DNA of 64,000 bases from assembly GCA_963701855.1 (NCBI GenBank), contig CAVPBK010000015.1:1-64000 (forward strand). The letters are read 5' to 3'. The stretch is from Nitrospirota bacterium (lineage in GTDB: Bacteria > Nitrospirota > Nitrospiria > Nitrospirales > Nitrospiraceae). Shown here in pieces: positions 48,689-59,455 of the stretch. The notes beneath the pieces were generated by a model. That model worked only from the letters and a program-made list of their open reading frames with translations, made no database searches and had not been told where the DNA came from. Every line of letters begins with the position of its first letter. Position 1 is the first letter of the stretch. The position numbers and the translations under genes are program-made.

Positions 48689-49879
48689 CTATCCTTTGAC
48701 TTCCTGTCCCTTGATCAAGACCGCGCCCTTCGTCACGATACGTTGTCCCGATGTCAAGCCTTCCAGGACCCGCACCTGATCCGGTGAAATCGTGCTCACT
48801 TTGACTTCCCGTTTGACATAGTGACCGGCGCCTTCGACGACGTATACAAACTGTTTCCCATCCACTTCCAGCACCGCTTCACGAGGAATCATCAGGAGCG
48901 GCGTGGATTCTCCGACCTCAATATGGAGGCGCGCGAACATTTCCGGCTTTAGCCGATGATCCTTATTGTTGACCCAGGCACGGAGCTTGATGGTTCTGGA
49001 GGTCGGGTCAACCACGTCACCGATGGTGGCCACGGTCGCGGGGAAATTCACGTCCGAATACGCCTCTACGCTGACTTTGGCAGACTGCCCCTCCTTCACC
49101 AAAGAGAGATCCCGTTCATAGACATCCGCTACTATCTGCAGCATATCGAGATCGGCTACCGTAAACACGACCTGGCCGGAATCTCCTCCGATCGACTGGC
49201 CTGGCGTCACATTCCGTTCCACGACGGTCCCGGCCAAGGGACTCTTCATTTCGAATCGCGACGTGATTTTTTGCCGGTCGAGTGGCTTATCGAGTTCCTC
49301 CGCGGGAACCCGCAAGGACAACAACCGTTCTTTCGCACGGCGGAATTCCGCGCGCGCCTTGATCAATTCATTCTCCGCTTGCTTGAGGTCCTTCAACGCC
49401 AGCGCCTTACTCTCATACAAATCCTTGGCCAACTCGTGGGCGCGTGTCGCATATTGTAGATCCGAGTCTTCCTTGACGTATTCTGAATAGGCTTGGGCAA
49501 TTTCCTGACTATCCAACACCAACAACACATTTCCTGCCTGCACACGATCACCCAAATGCGCCCGCACCTCAAGGACCCGCCCTTGGAGCGGAGAGGAAAT
49601 TCTTGAATAGCGATCTTCGCCGTAAGCAACCTTTCCGGATAAACTGAGGTCATGAACTCCCGACCTGAGCTCGACGAGAGCTGTTTCCACCCGTGGATGC
49701 GGTTCCGCAACTGATCCGGCTACCTGGGATGGAGGCGGGGCAGCGGCGGAAACTGTGGGTTGTTCTTCTCGCCCACAGGCAGAGAGCACCAGGCAGCCTA
49801 AAACGAAGGTTGAGACCGTTAGAGTAATCAGTGGGCCGCGAGAGTCAATCGTACGCGCACCCTTAACCTGGCTCGTCAC
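48689..49879 (-). CDS. RND periplasmic adaptor (membrane fusion protein)
   Basis: SPLQGRV, SPLAGTV, LKPEMFA; lipobox LSAC. Confidence 0.9.
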   Translation of the reverse strand: MTSQVKGARTIDSRGPLITLTVSTFVLGCLVLSACGREEQPTVSAAAPPPSQVAGSVAEPHPRVETALVELRSGVHDLSLSGKVAYGEDRYSRISSPLQGRVLEVRAHLGDRVQAGNVLLVLDSQEIAQAYSEYVKEDSDLQYATRAHELAKDLYESKALALKDLKQAENELIKARAEFRRAKERLLSLRVPAEELDKPLDRQKITSRFEMKSPLAGTVVERNVTPGQSIGGDSGQVVFTVADLDMLQIVADVYERDLSLVKEGQSAKVSVEAYSDVNFPATVATIGDVVDPTSRTIKLRAWVNNKDHRLKPEMFARLHIEVGESTPLLMIPREAVLEVDGKQFVYVVEGAGHYVKREVKVSTISPDQVRVLEGLTSGQRIVTKGAVLIKGQEVKG

Positions 49880-51189
49880 GACCCGATCTCCTGCCCCACG
49901 GCGCTTTCCAGCTGAAAGAGATTATGCTGGTAGTTGAACAAGGCTTCGATATAGTTTTGCTGAATCGTCCGCGAGGTGCGCGCGGCATCGAGCAAATCGA
50001 TAATCGTCGCGCCGCCCCGTTCATAGGCCCGTTCGACGATCGTAAAAGTCGAGCGGGCATCTTCCAATACCTCACCGAAATAGGCTTCGACCAATCGCCG
50101 GCTCTGCAGCAGGTTGCGATAGGCGACGTCCACTTCATTCTCAACTAGATTGGTGGTCTTATCCAAGTCGGCTTCCGCCGACTGGAGGGAGACTTCCGCC
50201 TGGAGAATCCCACCTTGGTTTCGGTTAAACAGGGGCAAGGGAATGCCTGCACTGAGCGCGACTTGGCCTGGATTATCAGGCCCGCGCGCTCCCTGAATCG
50301 CGTATCCGGCCCCGATCGTCACATCGGGAATCCGGTAGGACTTCGCCAGCTTCAGATCGGACTCCCTCTGGGAAAAGGTATAGCGTTTTGCGCGGATATC
50401 CGGACGCGCATCGAGAGCGGTCACGCGCAATTTTTCGATGTCGGGATCGATCCGGCGAAAACCCAATTCCGTGGTCAATTCCAGCACCGTCTTTGGGGAT
50501 AACCGCAGCAGCTGACGAAGATCGCCTTTCGCCGATTCTGCCTCCTGCAATGATCGGATCACCTGCGAGTAAAAGTCCACCATCTGCAAGCGAATCCGAA
50601 TAAGATCGACTTCCGCGATGTACCCTTTATTGAATCGGATGGTATTGATCGCGAGGATACGGGAGAAACGTTCACGATTTTCTTCTGCCAACACTAACCT
50701 GCGCTGAGCCAACTGAATCCGGTAATAGGTGTCCTTGACGGTAAACCCGAGTTGCCGCACCGCATCTTCGAAGGCTGCTTCTGCCGATTGCGTGCCGTAC
50801 CCAGCACTTTCGATTCGATAGCCCCGTTTCCCTGCTAACTCGAACAACTGAGAGACTTGCGTAAACAACTGTCCGCTATTGGACAGAGTCCTCCCTTGCG
50901 TATAGGAGCTGAGTGTCCCGACCGAAACAAACGGATTCGGGAAGAGCCGCGCGGTGACTTCCTGCCCTTTTGTATGCTCAATTCCGTACTTGGCAATGAG
51001 CACATCAAGGTTTTGACTGAGGAACAGTCCCAGCGCCTCGTTCACGCTGAGACGAAGTGTTTTCGATGCCATGGTAGCCTGTTCAGGAGCCGGAGATGGC
51101 GAGGCCGCACCGGAGGGATATGCAGAAAGGCTCAAAATGCTGAAAACGATGATGTGGCAGATGGGACGCAATTGTCGATCCGCAAACAC
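49876..51189 (-). CDS. TolC/CzcC outer-membrane efflux protein
   Basis: LFPNP, ELAGKR..R, PLPLFNRNQG, LLDA.R. Confidence 0.9.
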   Translation of the reverse strand: MFADRQLRPICHIIVFSILSLSAYPSGAASPSPAPEQATMASKTLRLSVNEALGLFLSQNLDVLIAKYGIEHTKGQEVTARLFPNPFVSVGTLSSYTQGRTLSNSGQLFTQVSQLFELAGKRGYRIESAGYGTQSAEAAFEDAVRQLGFTVKDTYYRIQLAQRRLVLAEENRERFSRILAINTIRFNKGYIAEVDLIRIRLQMVDFYSQVIRSLQEAESAKGDLRQLLRLSPKTVLELTTELGFRRIDPDIEKLRVTALDARPDIRAKRYTFSQRESDLKLAKSYRIPDVTIGAGYAIQGARGPDNPGQVALSAGIPLPLFNRNQGGILQAEVSLQSAEADLDKTTNLVENEVDVAYRNLLQSRRLVEAYFGEVLEDARSTFTIVERAYERGGATIIDLLDAARTSRTIQQNYIEALFNYQHNLFQLESAVGQEIGS

Positions 51190-51374
51190 AAACAGTCCTC
51201 CGTGTAAACCACTGTATGGTGTGGGAGGTGAGCACAGTTGACCGCATCAACCTCTCAAGCGAATCTTGATTATACAGCGTGCGGGGGGCGAAGCAAGGAA
51301 CCTCTTGATAAATATGTTCTTAGTCCGCATTATTCAAATTTCATACTCATCGGTAGACCGACTCCTGCACGTCA

Positions 51375-52418
51375 CTACTTCCAGAACCGCTTGGGAACGT
51401 CAAACGAGTACCGGAGTTGAACGGCCGTATATTTTTGAACGAGTCCTGCCTTATCTAACGGTTGGTCCTGCTCCTGATACAGGCTCAGTTCCATATCGTC
51501 GCGAAACCGCAGCGCCACCCCTATAACCCAGTCCAACTCGGTGGGGTTGAGCTTGTTTCCGGCCTCCCGGTCTGTAAAGAAATTCATATCTCCGTACAGC
51601 ACGACTCTATTTTTATAGAGGTCGAGATCCGCATGGGCCACATACCGAAAAAGGGCTCTCCCGGTATTATCCGGTCGCGCAAAGTAGCTACTGTTATGAA
51701 ACAGCCAGCCGGCACCGGCATAGGCTGTCAGGTTCTGATTGGGAAAGGTGCGCTGCCACCAACTGAAATCCTGTCTGGCTTGAAATCGAGAAGTCAGTAA
51801 CGTATCGGCATACGCTTGGACGAGACCGCTCTTGTCAAGCGGCGCATCGCGCTCGTACTGGAGACGCCAGCCCCACCGGTCGATCAGCCCGGTGAAGGCA
51901 TAGGTGCCATCCCATTCGCTCAGAGTGATCCATCCTTTTGTTCGATCTGAGAAGAAGTTTTGATCAGTGTAGAAGGTCAGATACTGCTTGTAGAGGTCAG
52001 TTTCCAGGTGAAGCATGTGTCGAAGACCGACCAATCCTGTGTTATCGGGGCGAGCAGCGAAACTCGGGTTGGACACGAAGGCGGCCGTGAGGAAGTATCC
52101 TCCGAACAAGGTCTCTTCGGCTTCCCGTGCTGCCACGGTGTCCGGCTGCTCCATCGATGGCAGCGGACGGCCATACTTTTCCAACGCAAAGGACAAGGAT
52201 GGTGAGGCCAGAAGCCCAATGCTACTCAGGGCCAGGAAACCAACCGCAAGGACAAGGGTGGTAATCTGGCGCTGTTCCAGACGCCTCTTTCTCCCTATTC
52301 GGGCAACGAGCCACACTGAGTAAACGGTGAGGTAAACCTGTGTGTGACGGACGATGAGAAACGTCATGATGTACTCCTTTCTCCCTGTCCCCGAGGACCG
52401 GGCCGAAGCCATCATCAC
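51375..52418 (-). CDS. Hypothetical secreted, probable outer-membrane beta-barrel protein
   Basis: Signal-like segment, alternating aromatic beta pattern, internal repeat FAARPDNTG/YFARPDNTG and PLDKSGLVQ/PLDKAGLVQ; start uncertain. Confidence 0.65.
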   Translation of the reverse strand: MMMASARSSGTGRKEYIMTFLIVRHTQVYLTVYSVWLVARIGRKRRLEQRQITTLVLAVGFLALSSIGLLASPSLSFALEKYGRPLPSMEQPDTVAAREAEETLFGGYFLTAAFVSNPSFAARPDNTGLVGLRHMLHLETDLYKQYLTFYTDQNFFSDRTKGWITLSEWDGTYAFTGLIDRWGWRLQYERDAPLDKSGLVQAYADTLLTSRFQARQDFSWWQRTFPNQNLTAYAGAGWLFHNSSYFARPDNTGRALFRYVAHADLDLYKNRVVLYGDMNFFTDREAGNKLNPTELDWVIGVALRFRDDMELSLYQEQDQPLDKAGLVQKYTAVQLRYSFDVPKRFWK

Positions 52419-52682
52419 GCTCGTTGGATTAGGCCACGAGAGGAAAGGCTACGCAGAGGGATCGGTAGGGATTTGAGGGTATGGCATTCAAGCCAGCTAT
52501 ATCAGATTGACTACTACTGCCTGCATCCATGTCTTTCCTCCCCTGACGAGATAATTATCCTGTATCTGTACGTTGTTGCGTAGCAGCGTTCAAACAACAG
52601 AACCTTGAGGCTTCTACCTCAGCGAACAAGATGTGTCAACTACAAACTTCGGCCATATGCCTCATGATCGATAGCACAGTCT

Positions 52683-53111
52683 TTATTGAACACATACGTG
52701 AAAAATCTCTTCGCAGTGATCCGTAGCATCAATCGACCGGGGCACCGATCTATACTCTACCCCCACCACACGATCATCTGCCATAAGGAGATGCGCCCAA
52801 CATCCATGATGCGCTCCTGACCTACTGGACTTGGAGGAGGCAAATGATTCCTCAAGCATGGGCGCTTCTTTGTAGTATGACAGTACAGTTCCCTCGTCCG
52901 TCTTGGCTTCTTTAAGAGGGCTGCCTGCACAAGCGACGAGTTCTTGTTTGCTTTTCCCAAGCAAGGCTTTCCCGGTAGGGCTCGCTTCGATCGGCTGAGA
53001 CGCAGCACAGCCGATGAGCCCAACAAAGCCGATTATGAGGAGGAGTTCTACGATAGGGTACGGTGTGCCGGAAGCCAGCAAAGGTATTCTCATAAATGTG
53101 TTGTATATCAA
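52683..53111 (-). CDS. Hypothetical lipoprotein
   Basis: Lipobox LIGC; LLGKSKQEL..CAG.P; several Cys. Confidence 0.6.
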   Translation of the reverse strand: MIYNTFMRIPLLASGTPYPIVELLLIIGFVGLIGCAASQPIEASPTGKALLGKSKQELVACAGSPLKEAKTDEGTVLSYYKEAPMLEESFASSKSSRSGAHHGCWAHLLMADDRVVGVEYRSVPRSIDATDHCEEIFHVCVQ

Positions 53112-53416
53112 AGGATAGGTTTTAGCTACCCCTCGACGTCACCGCGGTACCAAGTTCTCTGGGGTCCGGTGAAATCATGGTCAATGATTGCTTGACCCTG
53201 GACGTCACGCCCCACGCTCTGTGGCCGTTGGCGGACTTCTTCAGCATCCTGTTAACGCTCTTGGTTAGAGAGGGAAAGAGAAGATGTTCTCTTTCGCGGG
53301 GCTGGCATGCGCTGCATCGAAAATGACGACTCTCATTGCATTGCGGAAGCGGGCTCTGGATAATGCGCGAAAGGCTCTAAGCCCAGTGTCATTTCTTAGG
53401 CGATAGGCGGTATTGA

Positions 53417-54757
53417 ATGTCTTCCATTTCTTTGGCCCTGCTCATCTTCGGTGTCTGCTATCTAGTCATCATCACCGAGCGGATCCACAAGACGATTGTG
53501 GCACTGTGCGGGGCTGCGGTGATGATCGGGCTCGGTGTGGTGTCACAAGAGGAGGCGTTTTACTCCCATGAGTTCGGTGTCGACTACAACGTCGTGTTTC
53601 TGTTGATAGGGATGATGGTGATTGTGAACATCGTTCGAGAGACCGGTCTCTTCGAAGTCTTGGCCATCTGGGCGGCGCAGCGGGCCGATGCAAAGCCGTT
53701 TCGTTTGCTGGTATTGCTGGCGCTGTTGACGGCTGGGCTTTCGGCCATGCTCGACAATGTCACCACCGTTCTGCTCATGGCGCCCGTCACGTTGGCGATT
53801 ACCAAGCGACTGGAGCTTAATCCCATTACATTCCTTGTGACCGAGGCGCTTGCATCCAATATCGGCGGGACTGCGACGCTGGTCGGTGATCCTCCCAATA
53901 TCATGATTGCCAGCAAGGCTGAATTGAGCTATCTCGACTTTCTGGTGGTCTTGGGTCCGATCGCTGTGGCGATCATGGTCGTGTTTGTGGCTGCACTTTG
54001 GGTCATCGTTGGGCGGACAATGACCGTGGCCCCGCATCTGCGAACGGCGGTTCTGGCATTGAGTTCACGGGAGGCCGTGTCAGATCGACCATTATTGCAT
54101 CGCTGTCTCTGGCTGTTGGGACTCGTCAACGCGGGGTTCTGTATGCATTCGCTCATTCATCTTGAGCCGGCCACGATTGCCCTCCTTGGCGCAAGCTTGT
54201 TCATGCTGATCGGTCGTGCGAGACGGAAGCGGGAGGATGCAGAAGAGTTGTCGTATTTGACCGATGTCGAATGGAAAACCATCTTCTTTTTTATTGGGCT
54301 GTTTATACTGGTCGGTGGATTGGTGAAGGTTGGCGTGATTCGCTACCTGGCGGATCAGTTGGTTTCGGTGACGCAGGGGAATCTTGCGGGCTCTACGATG
54401 GCGGTGCTCTGGGGGTCGGCGATGCTCTCAGCCGTGGTGGATAACATCCCCTACGTCGCGGCGATGAATCCGTTGATTGTGGACCTTGCCCGGTCGCTTC
54501 ACCCTGAGATTTCTGATTATGTGACCTTGGTACATCAACCAGACATTATGCCGCTGTGGTGGGCGTTGGCGCTCGGAGCGTGTCTGGGGGGGAACGGCAC
54601 GATCATCGGTGCGAGCGCGAACGTCGTCATTGTGGATATCGCGCGCAAAGCCGGCTATTCCATCTCATTCTGGCAATTCTTCAAGTTTGGGTTTCCCGTC
54701 ATGGTGGGGTCGGTATTCATCAGCGCGTTGTATCTCTGGCTTCTGTTTCTCCGCTGA
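53417..54757 (+). CDS. ArsB/NhaD (ion transporter superfamily) permease
   Basis: SAMLDNVTT, SNIGG.ATLVGDPPN, SAVVDNIP, GGNGT.IGASAN. Confidence 0.9.
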   Translation: MSSISLALLIFGVCYLVIITERIHKTIVALCGAAVMIGLGVVSQEEAFYSHEFGVDYNVVFLLIGMMVIVNIVRETGLFEVLAIWAAQRADAKPFRLLVLLALLTAGLSAMLDNVTTVLLMAPVTLAITKRLELNPITFLVTEALASNIGGTATLVGDPPNIMIASKAELSYLDFLVVLGPIAVAIMVVFVAALWVIVGRTMTVAPHLRTAVLALSSREAVSDRPLLHRCLWLLGLVNAGFCMHSLIHLEPATIALLGASLFMLIGRARRKREDAEELSYLTDVEWKTIFFFIGLFILVGGLVKVGVIRYLADQLVSVTQGNLAGSTMAVLWGSAMLSAVVDNIPYVAAMNPLIVDLARSLHPEISDYVTLVHQPDIMPLWWALALGACLGGNGTIIGASANVVIVDIARKAGYSISFWQFFKFGFPVMVGSVFISALYLWLLFLR

Positions 54758-54807
54758 CCTCGCCCCCTAGAAGGACCTGAAAAATTCCGCCAGCGGCAGA
54801 CGACTGT

Positions 54808-54885
54808 TAGTTTGGTCTATTTGGTTGAATTAGACTAACCGGATAAACCAGATGAACCAAATCAAGCAAATAAATCAGACCAATC
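54808..54885. repeat. Low-complexity 9-nt-period inverted repeat, family D
   Basis: TTTGGTCTA TTTGGTTGA ... AACCGGATA AACCAGATG AACCAAATC. Confidence 0.55.
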
Positions 54886-55156
54886 CATCTAGGCGAAGGA
54901 ATTTCCTCGCTGCTGTATGTCATGGGCTACAGCCGTAAGATCCTCGTAAAAACAGCTTGATAGAGTGATGCTGGCCTCGATGGTGAACTCGTTTCCCTTC
55001 GTGATAGATATGGTTATTGAGAATAGAGGGGTGGCCCGTACTTCAAAATGCCCCATAAATAATGTTGTCGGCTCTCTTCTCACCGACGGTACGGTGCTTG
55101 CTTTTCTCTCTATAGAGTCTTAGCAGGCTGAGAAAAGGTGAAATCGGAGGCCTAGT

Positions 55157-55612
55157 ATGACAACGCACACCTATGAAGAAATGCTTTCCAGCTCCACAGC
55201 AGTCGCCCGGTGGGATTGGAACGTGAGAAATGGAAACAATGATGTTGACCAAGCGTCTGCTGCGATACCGGCTAGGACCATTCCTCCGGGCCGCCGGTGT
55301 GAGGCGCGCATGGACTATCGGCGCATGTGTTCGTATGAGGTGCTCGAAGCCATTGAGGGAGAGTCGATCATCATCGAGCAAGGAGAGGCCTTCGCACTCA
55401 ACCGGAGCACGGAAGGAATACTTCTCCTCTTAGCCTTGGCTCCTCATGTGAAACAATTGATCGAAGTACACACTCCCCGTTTCGGATGGGGCCAGACCGT
55501 GAACGTATTTGAAACCCGATGGGCCAAACCCCTACAGGTAGAGGCATTCGGAAATCTGTACCTGGTTGGATGCCAACGGATATTTGGCCCCCTTCACTAT
55601 CTGTCGTTCTAG
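55157..55612 (+). CDS. PilZ-like domain protein
   Basis: RRCEAR, NRSTEG, ETRW, YLVGC. Confidence 0.6.
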   Translation: MTTHTYEEMLSSSTAVARWDWNVRNGNNDVDQASAAIPARTIPPGRRCEARMDYRRMCSYEVLEAIEGESIIIEQGEAFALNRSTEGILLLLALAPHVKQLIEVHTPRFGWGQTVNVFETRWAKPLQVEAFGNLYLVGCQRIFGPLHYLSF

Positions 55613-55738
55613 TATCCCATACCACTGACGGTTGATGCTCCCCTTCAGAATTCAGCTCCTCCTGTCTGCCACTTGCCCTCGCTGATACAGAGGGGTAAGA
55701 TTGGTCGTCTCCGCTCACCTACATCGATAGGAGGTGCT

Positions 55739-56507
55739 ATGGCCGTTCGCACCACACCCTCAAAACCACGAGTTTCTCTCGACCGAAACATCGAGCGGAT
55801 GCGGAAACAGCTGGTCGAATTCGCCCCGTTTTTGGGCAAGGGCAAGCAGACACGCAGCCTGGAGGAGTTCGATCTGGAAACCGAACGGCTGATCGAAGAT
55901 CTCCTCGGACAGACGTTCTGACTTGCTGCATGCCTATGAGTATGCTGAGCTAGGTGAGGCGGCAGGATTGGTCAATATGACAGATGAGGCGCCGGAAGGC
56001 ACCGGCATGGATAGTGAGCGCCAAAGCCTGTTGCAGCGAGGCCGCGTGTTGGAAAGTTGTGTGTCGGAATTGGAAGCACGCCGATCTGCCGGAACGAAGA
56101 AAAGCAAGGTCGGACGTACGCTCATTGGTCCGCAGATCGCCGAGCACATGTCCACTGAGGTTCGGGACGTGTCGCAGGATGCCAGCCTGCGACAGGCAGC
56201 GCAGCTGATGCAGCAATGGAAGATGGGGTCGTTGCTTGTCACCAACAGCCAATCATACGTCGGTATCATTACTGATTCAGCCCTGACTCGCGAGGTGGTG
56301 GCCAAGGGGTTGGATCCCAATACGACCGTGGTCAAAACATGCATGCGATCACCTGTGGCGACCATTGAAGGTGATCGGTCGATTATCGATGCCGTGCGCA
56401 TGATGAAGGAACGGGCTACCAGGCATCTGGCCGTGACACAAGACGGACAGATCATGGGGGTGATATCAGTCTCCAATATTCTGCGGTACTACTCGGGTAT
56501 CGCCTAA
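55739..56507 (+). pseudogene. CBS-pair domain protein with N-terminal extension, +1 frameshift at about 55917
   Basis: cagacgttctgacttg: removing one T gives QTSDLLHAYEY and joins ORFs 55673-55921 and 55923-56507; GIIT and GVIS CBS motifs. Confidence 0.75.
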
Positions 56508-56640
56508 CAGCATGTTGCGTGTCGTTCGTACAGCGTGGCCTGACCGGAGCGCATAGCTGATGGCTCGAAGGAGCCTGGGGTTTCACTTTCGCTGCCATCG
56601 GTTATAAGCCATTCGTTCCCATAAGAACGGGAGGTGAGAG

Positions 56641-57000
56641 ATGGGTCCAACTAAGGCGATCGTGAAAGAGAATGGGCTCTATGAAGTGGTAGGAGGAAGG
56701 CTGATTAAGGACGGTTTTGTCGGCCGACAGGAACTTGAAGACTACGTGAAACACCATTATGTAATATTGCCAGTGCTCGACAACGCGGGAAATCCCTGGC
56801 TGCTCGATGAAAAGCCGGTGTATTGTCTCCGTGGCACGCAATACGAAACCGTAGATGATCAGAGGGTACACCTCGCGCGTTGTCCGGATTGCGGTGGCAT
56901 GGGAATCAGATCAGACGAATTTACGGTCGAATCGGATTGCATTCGCTGTACGGCCTGCGGGCATGAATTCGATGCGCGATTGGAAATGATGGAAACATAA
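56641..57000 (+). CDS. Conserved hypothetical protein with C-terminal Zn ribbon
   Basis: CPDCGG..CTACGHEF; RBS GGAGGTG. Confidence 0.75.
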   Translation: MGPTKAIVKENGLYEVVGGRLIKDGFVGRQELEDYVKHHYVILPVLDNAGNPWLLDEKPVYCLRGTQYETVDDQRVHLARCPDCGGMGIRSDEFTVESDCIRCTACGHEFDARLEMMET

Positions 57001-57001
57001 A

Positions 57002-57076
57002 GAGGGGGCGGCCTTGTTGGTTTCCCGTGCTCACGGAACTCCCACGATGAAGCTGTGGTCGTTCGACGCGCGCAGG
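57002..57076 (+). repeat. Truncated family A element
   Basis: GTGCTCACGGAACTCCCACGAT..GTCGTTCGACGCGCGCAG, cf. 22909-22930 and 23210-23227. Confidence 0.65.
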
Positions 57077-57221
57077 TACATGTGTGTTGCTCTCGATAAC
57101 ATTATCTTTCCGAAAGCTTCATTCTTCGCCCGAGCCTGCAAGGGGAATTTGGAATATGCCTATGTATATCCGGGGGAATTTGGATGTACATCGTGATGTA
57201 TACTGTATTGCCACATCTGTA

Positions 57222-57250
57222 TTGACACATAGAGTAAAGAGAGTTAGGAT
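57222..57250 (+). promoter_or_regulatory. Sigma70-type promoter of amoC copy 1
   Basis: TTGACA-17 nt-TAGGAT, 125 nt upstream of ATG; palindrome TACATC-GT-GATGTA at 57187-57200. Confidence 0.65.
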
Positions 57251-57375
57251 TTCAGGGCAGCACACATACAGATGAATCAATATAGATTATCTGGGTCGGC
57301 TATGGTGAATATCGGCGGTTCTTCATATTAAGACAGAGGGGTGGATCACAGTTTTCTTAACAAGGAGGTCAGTGT

Positions 57376-58176
57376 ATGGCTAGTACAACATGGGGAGGGG
57401 GGGCGGATCGGGGCTACGACATGTCGCTCTGGTACGATTCCCGGCCCCTCAAGATCGGCTGGTTTACGATGTTGGCGGCGGTAGGGGCCGAGGTCGTCTT
57501 TCAGCGCGTCTTTGGGTATTCCCACGGCTTGGACTCCATGACGCCGGAGTTCGAAAACGTCTGGATGGGGCTGTGGCGCTTTAACGTGATTTCCAACATC
57601 ATCTTCTCGGCCTCCACCCTCGGGTGGATATGGAGTACCCGGGATCGCAACATTGCCAACGTGGATCCCAAGACCGAGCTCAAGCGGTACTTCTATTGGA
57701 TGATGTGGCTTGCGGTATACGTGTTCGGCGTGTACTGGGCGGGTTCGTACACTTTGGAGCAGGATGCGTCGTGGCACCAGGTGATCATCCGCGACACCAG
57801 CTTCACGGCCAGCCATATCATTGCCTTCTACTTCACCTTCCCGTTGTACATCACCTGTGGCGTGGCGAGCTATCTGTATGCCATGACCCGGCTGCCGCAG
57901 TTCAGCAAGGCGGTGTCGTTCCCCTTGGTGGGGGCGATCGTGGGGCCGATGATGATTCTTCCCAACGTGGGCCTCAATGAGTGGGGGCATGCGTTCTGGT
58001 TCGTCGATGAACTCTTTGCGGCGCCATTGCACTGGGGCTTTGTGACCCTGGGCTGGTGCGGATTGTTCGGGGGCACGGGCGGCGTCGCGGCGCAGATCGT
58101 CGCGCGCATGTCGAACCTGTGCGATGTGGTCTGGAACGACGAGAGCAAGGACTGCTTGCACGTGATTCCATACTAA
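57376..58176 (+). CDS. amoC: Ammonia monooxygenase subunit C, stand-alone copy 1
   Basis: [68 protein letters not shown]. Confidence 0.95.
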   Translation: MASTTWGGGADRGYDMSLWYDSRPLKIGWFTMLAAVGAEVVFQRVFGYSHGLDSMTPEFENVWMGLWRFNVISNIIFSASTLGWIWSTRDRNIANVDPKTELKRYFYWMMWLAVYVFGVYWAGSYTLEQDASWHQVIIRDTSFTASHIIAFYFTFPLYITCGVASYLYAMTRLPQFSKAVSFPLVGAIVGPMMILPNVGLNEWGHAFWFVDELFAAPLHWGFVTLGWCGLFGGTGGVAAQIVARMSNLCDVVWNDESKDCLHVIPY

Positions 58177-58211
58177 GCTGAGCTGTCAGTTTCGGCGTTC
58201 TAAGCGCCAAC

Positions 58212-58252
58212 CACGGGCGACCTCCTATCTAGGAGATCGCCCGTGTCGTTTC
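58212..58252 (+). terminator. Intrinsic terminator after amoC copy 1
   Basis: CACGGGCGAcCTCCTA-TC-TAGGAGaTCGCCCGTG followed by T-rich tail. Confidence 0.7.
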
Positions 58253-58881
58253 AAAGTCAGACCTATCGCAAGAGCAAGGAAAGAGTACGCATGAACTATG
58301 TGAGCAGGTTTACTGCGCCATAGGTTTGTAGTGCAGTGTTAGCGAGACATAAGCGATGAGACCCTTCCTGTCTGACCTGTCCGAACTCCAGGAGATATTC
58401 TCTCATTGACATAAAGATGAAGGCAGGAATATGAAAAATGTGATTGTGCTCTCACCATCAGAGAGGAGGTCGCTGATGGAAGACCTTGGTTCACCGGATC
58501 AGAATGTCTCGGCGAATTGAAGGCGGATTGCTCGGCTGGACTGACACTTTCATCATCGATGTTCACATCGTTCTCGTATGCGGGATCCACATAACAAGAC
58601 TCGATCGAGAGAAGGAAGCTGACACAGCGGCTCCACCGTATGAGGTGAGCCACACTGTCAACGTCGAGTCGGCTCAAGATTCTCAATTGCATACGGGTCT
58701 TCCGGTATCACAAGCACACAAGGGTCGCCGGTATCATCCTAAGCGTCCATCACCTGCAGCGCATGGGTCTTTCCTTTCTCTTTCCCTTGATGGCTGCCCG
58801 TGGTGTTTCTCGTGCTGATATCACCCGGGGGTGGGCTAGAAGGAGAAGTAATTCAGATTTGATTCACCAAAGGAGGCCACC

Positions 58882-59334
58882 ATGCTAGTCCAAGACGTCA
58901 TGTCAACCGGGATTGTAACGGTTCAGAAGACAGATACGATCCGATCAGCCGTGATGAAAATGATGCACCGTCACTGTGGGTCCCTTCCTGTGGTCGAGGC
59001 AGACAATCGGCTCGTTGGAGTGGTGACGTTGCGAGATGTCTTGATACAACTGTATCCTAACTATGGCGACTATATTCACGATAGCGTGCACAGCCGGAGT
59101 TTTGTCGAGATGGAAGATGGGTATCCCGAGGTGCTTGGTGGGAAAGTCGAAGACATCATGAGCAAGAATCCAATGACGGTCGCGCCCCACGATCCTATTC
59201 TGGAAGCCGCCTCATACATGGGTCTCAAGAACTTCCGTCGCATGCCCGTTGTCGACAAGGGCACGCTCGTTGGGATAGTCAGTATCAGCGACATCAACCG
59301 CGGGTTATTCATAGAGAAGGGGATGCAGCGCTGA
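58882..59334 (+). CDS. CBS-pair domain protein
   Basis: VQDVMS, LPVV..LVGVVT..D, MPVV..LVGIVS..D; RBS AAGGAGG. Confidence 0.88.
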   Translation: MLVQDVMSTGIVTVQKTDTIRSAVMKMMHRHCGSLPVVEADNRLVGVVTLRDVLIQLYPNYGDYIHDSVHSRSFVEMEDGYPEVLGGKVEDIMSKNPMTVAPHDPILEAASYMGLKNFRRMPVVDKGTLVGIVSISDINRGLFIEKGMQR

Positions 59335-59338
59335 GCGA

Positions 59339-59455
59339 GCCCGCATTATTCATGACGGTTCGTCGCGAAATCACGCAGTCGCGCCTTTCTGCCAGTCTCG
59401 TTTGAGTCATGGATCGGCGATTGCGCAGAAGCTGCTCATGAATAATGTGAGTTAG
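59339..59455. repeat. MITE-like element, family C, copy 2
   Basis: GCATTATTCATGA...TCATGAATAATGT terminal inverted repeat. Confidence 0.7.

Noticed and set aside
45541..51207. Long + strand ORFs opposite the RND genes
   Set aside because: Antisense shadows of well-supported minus-strand genes
58430..58818. ORF(s) between amoC copy 1 and the CBS gene
   Set aside because: No recognisable motif; the RBS-preceded ATG frame stops after 14 codons; cannot support a call
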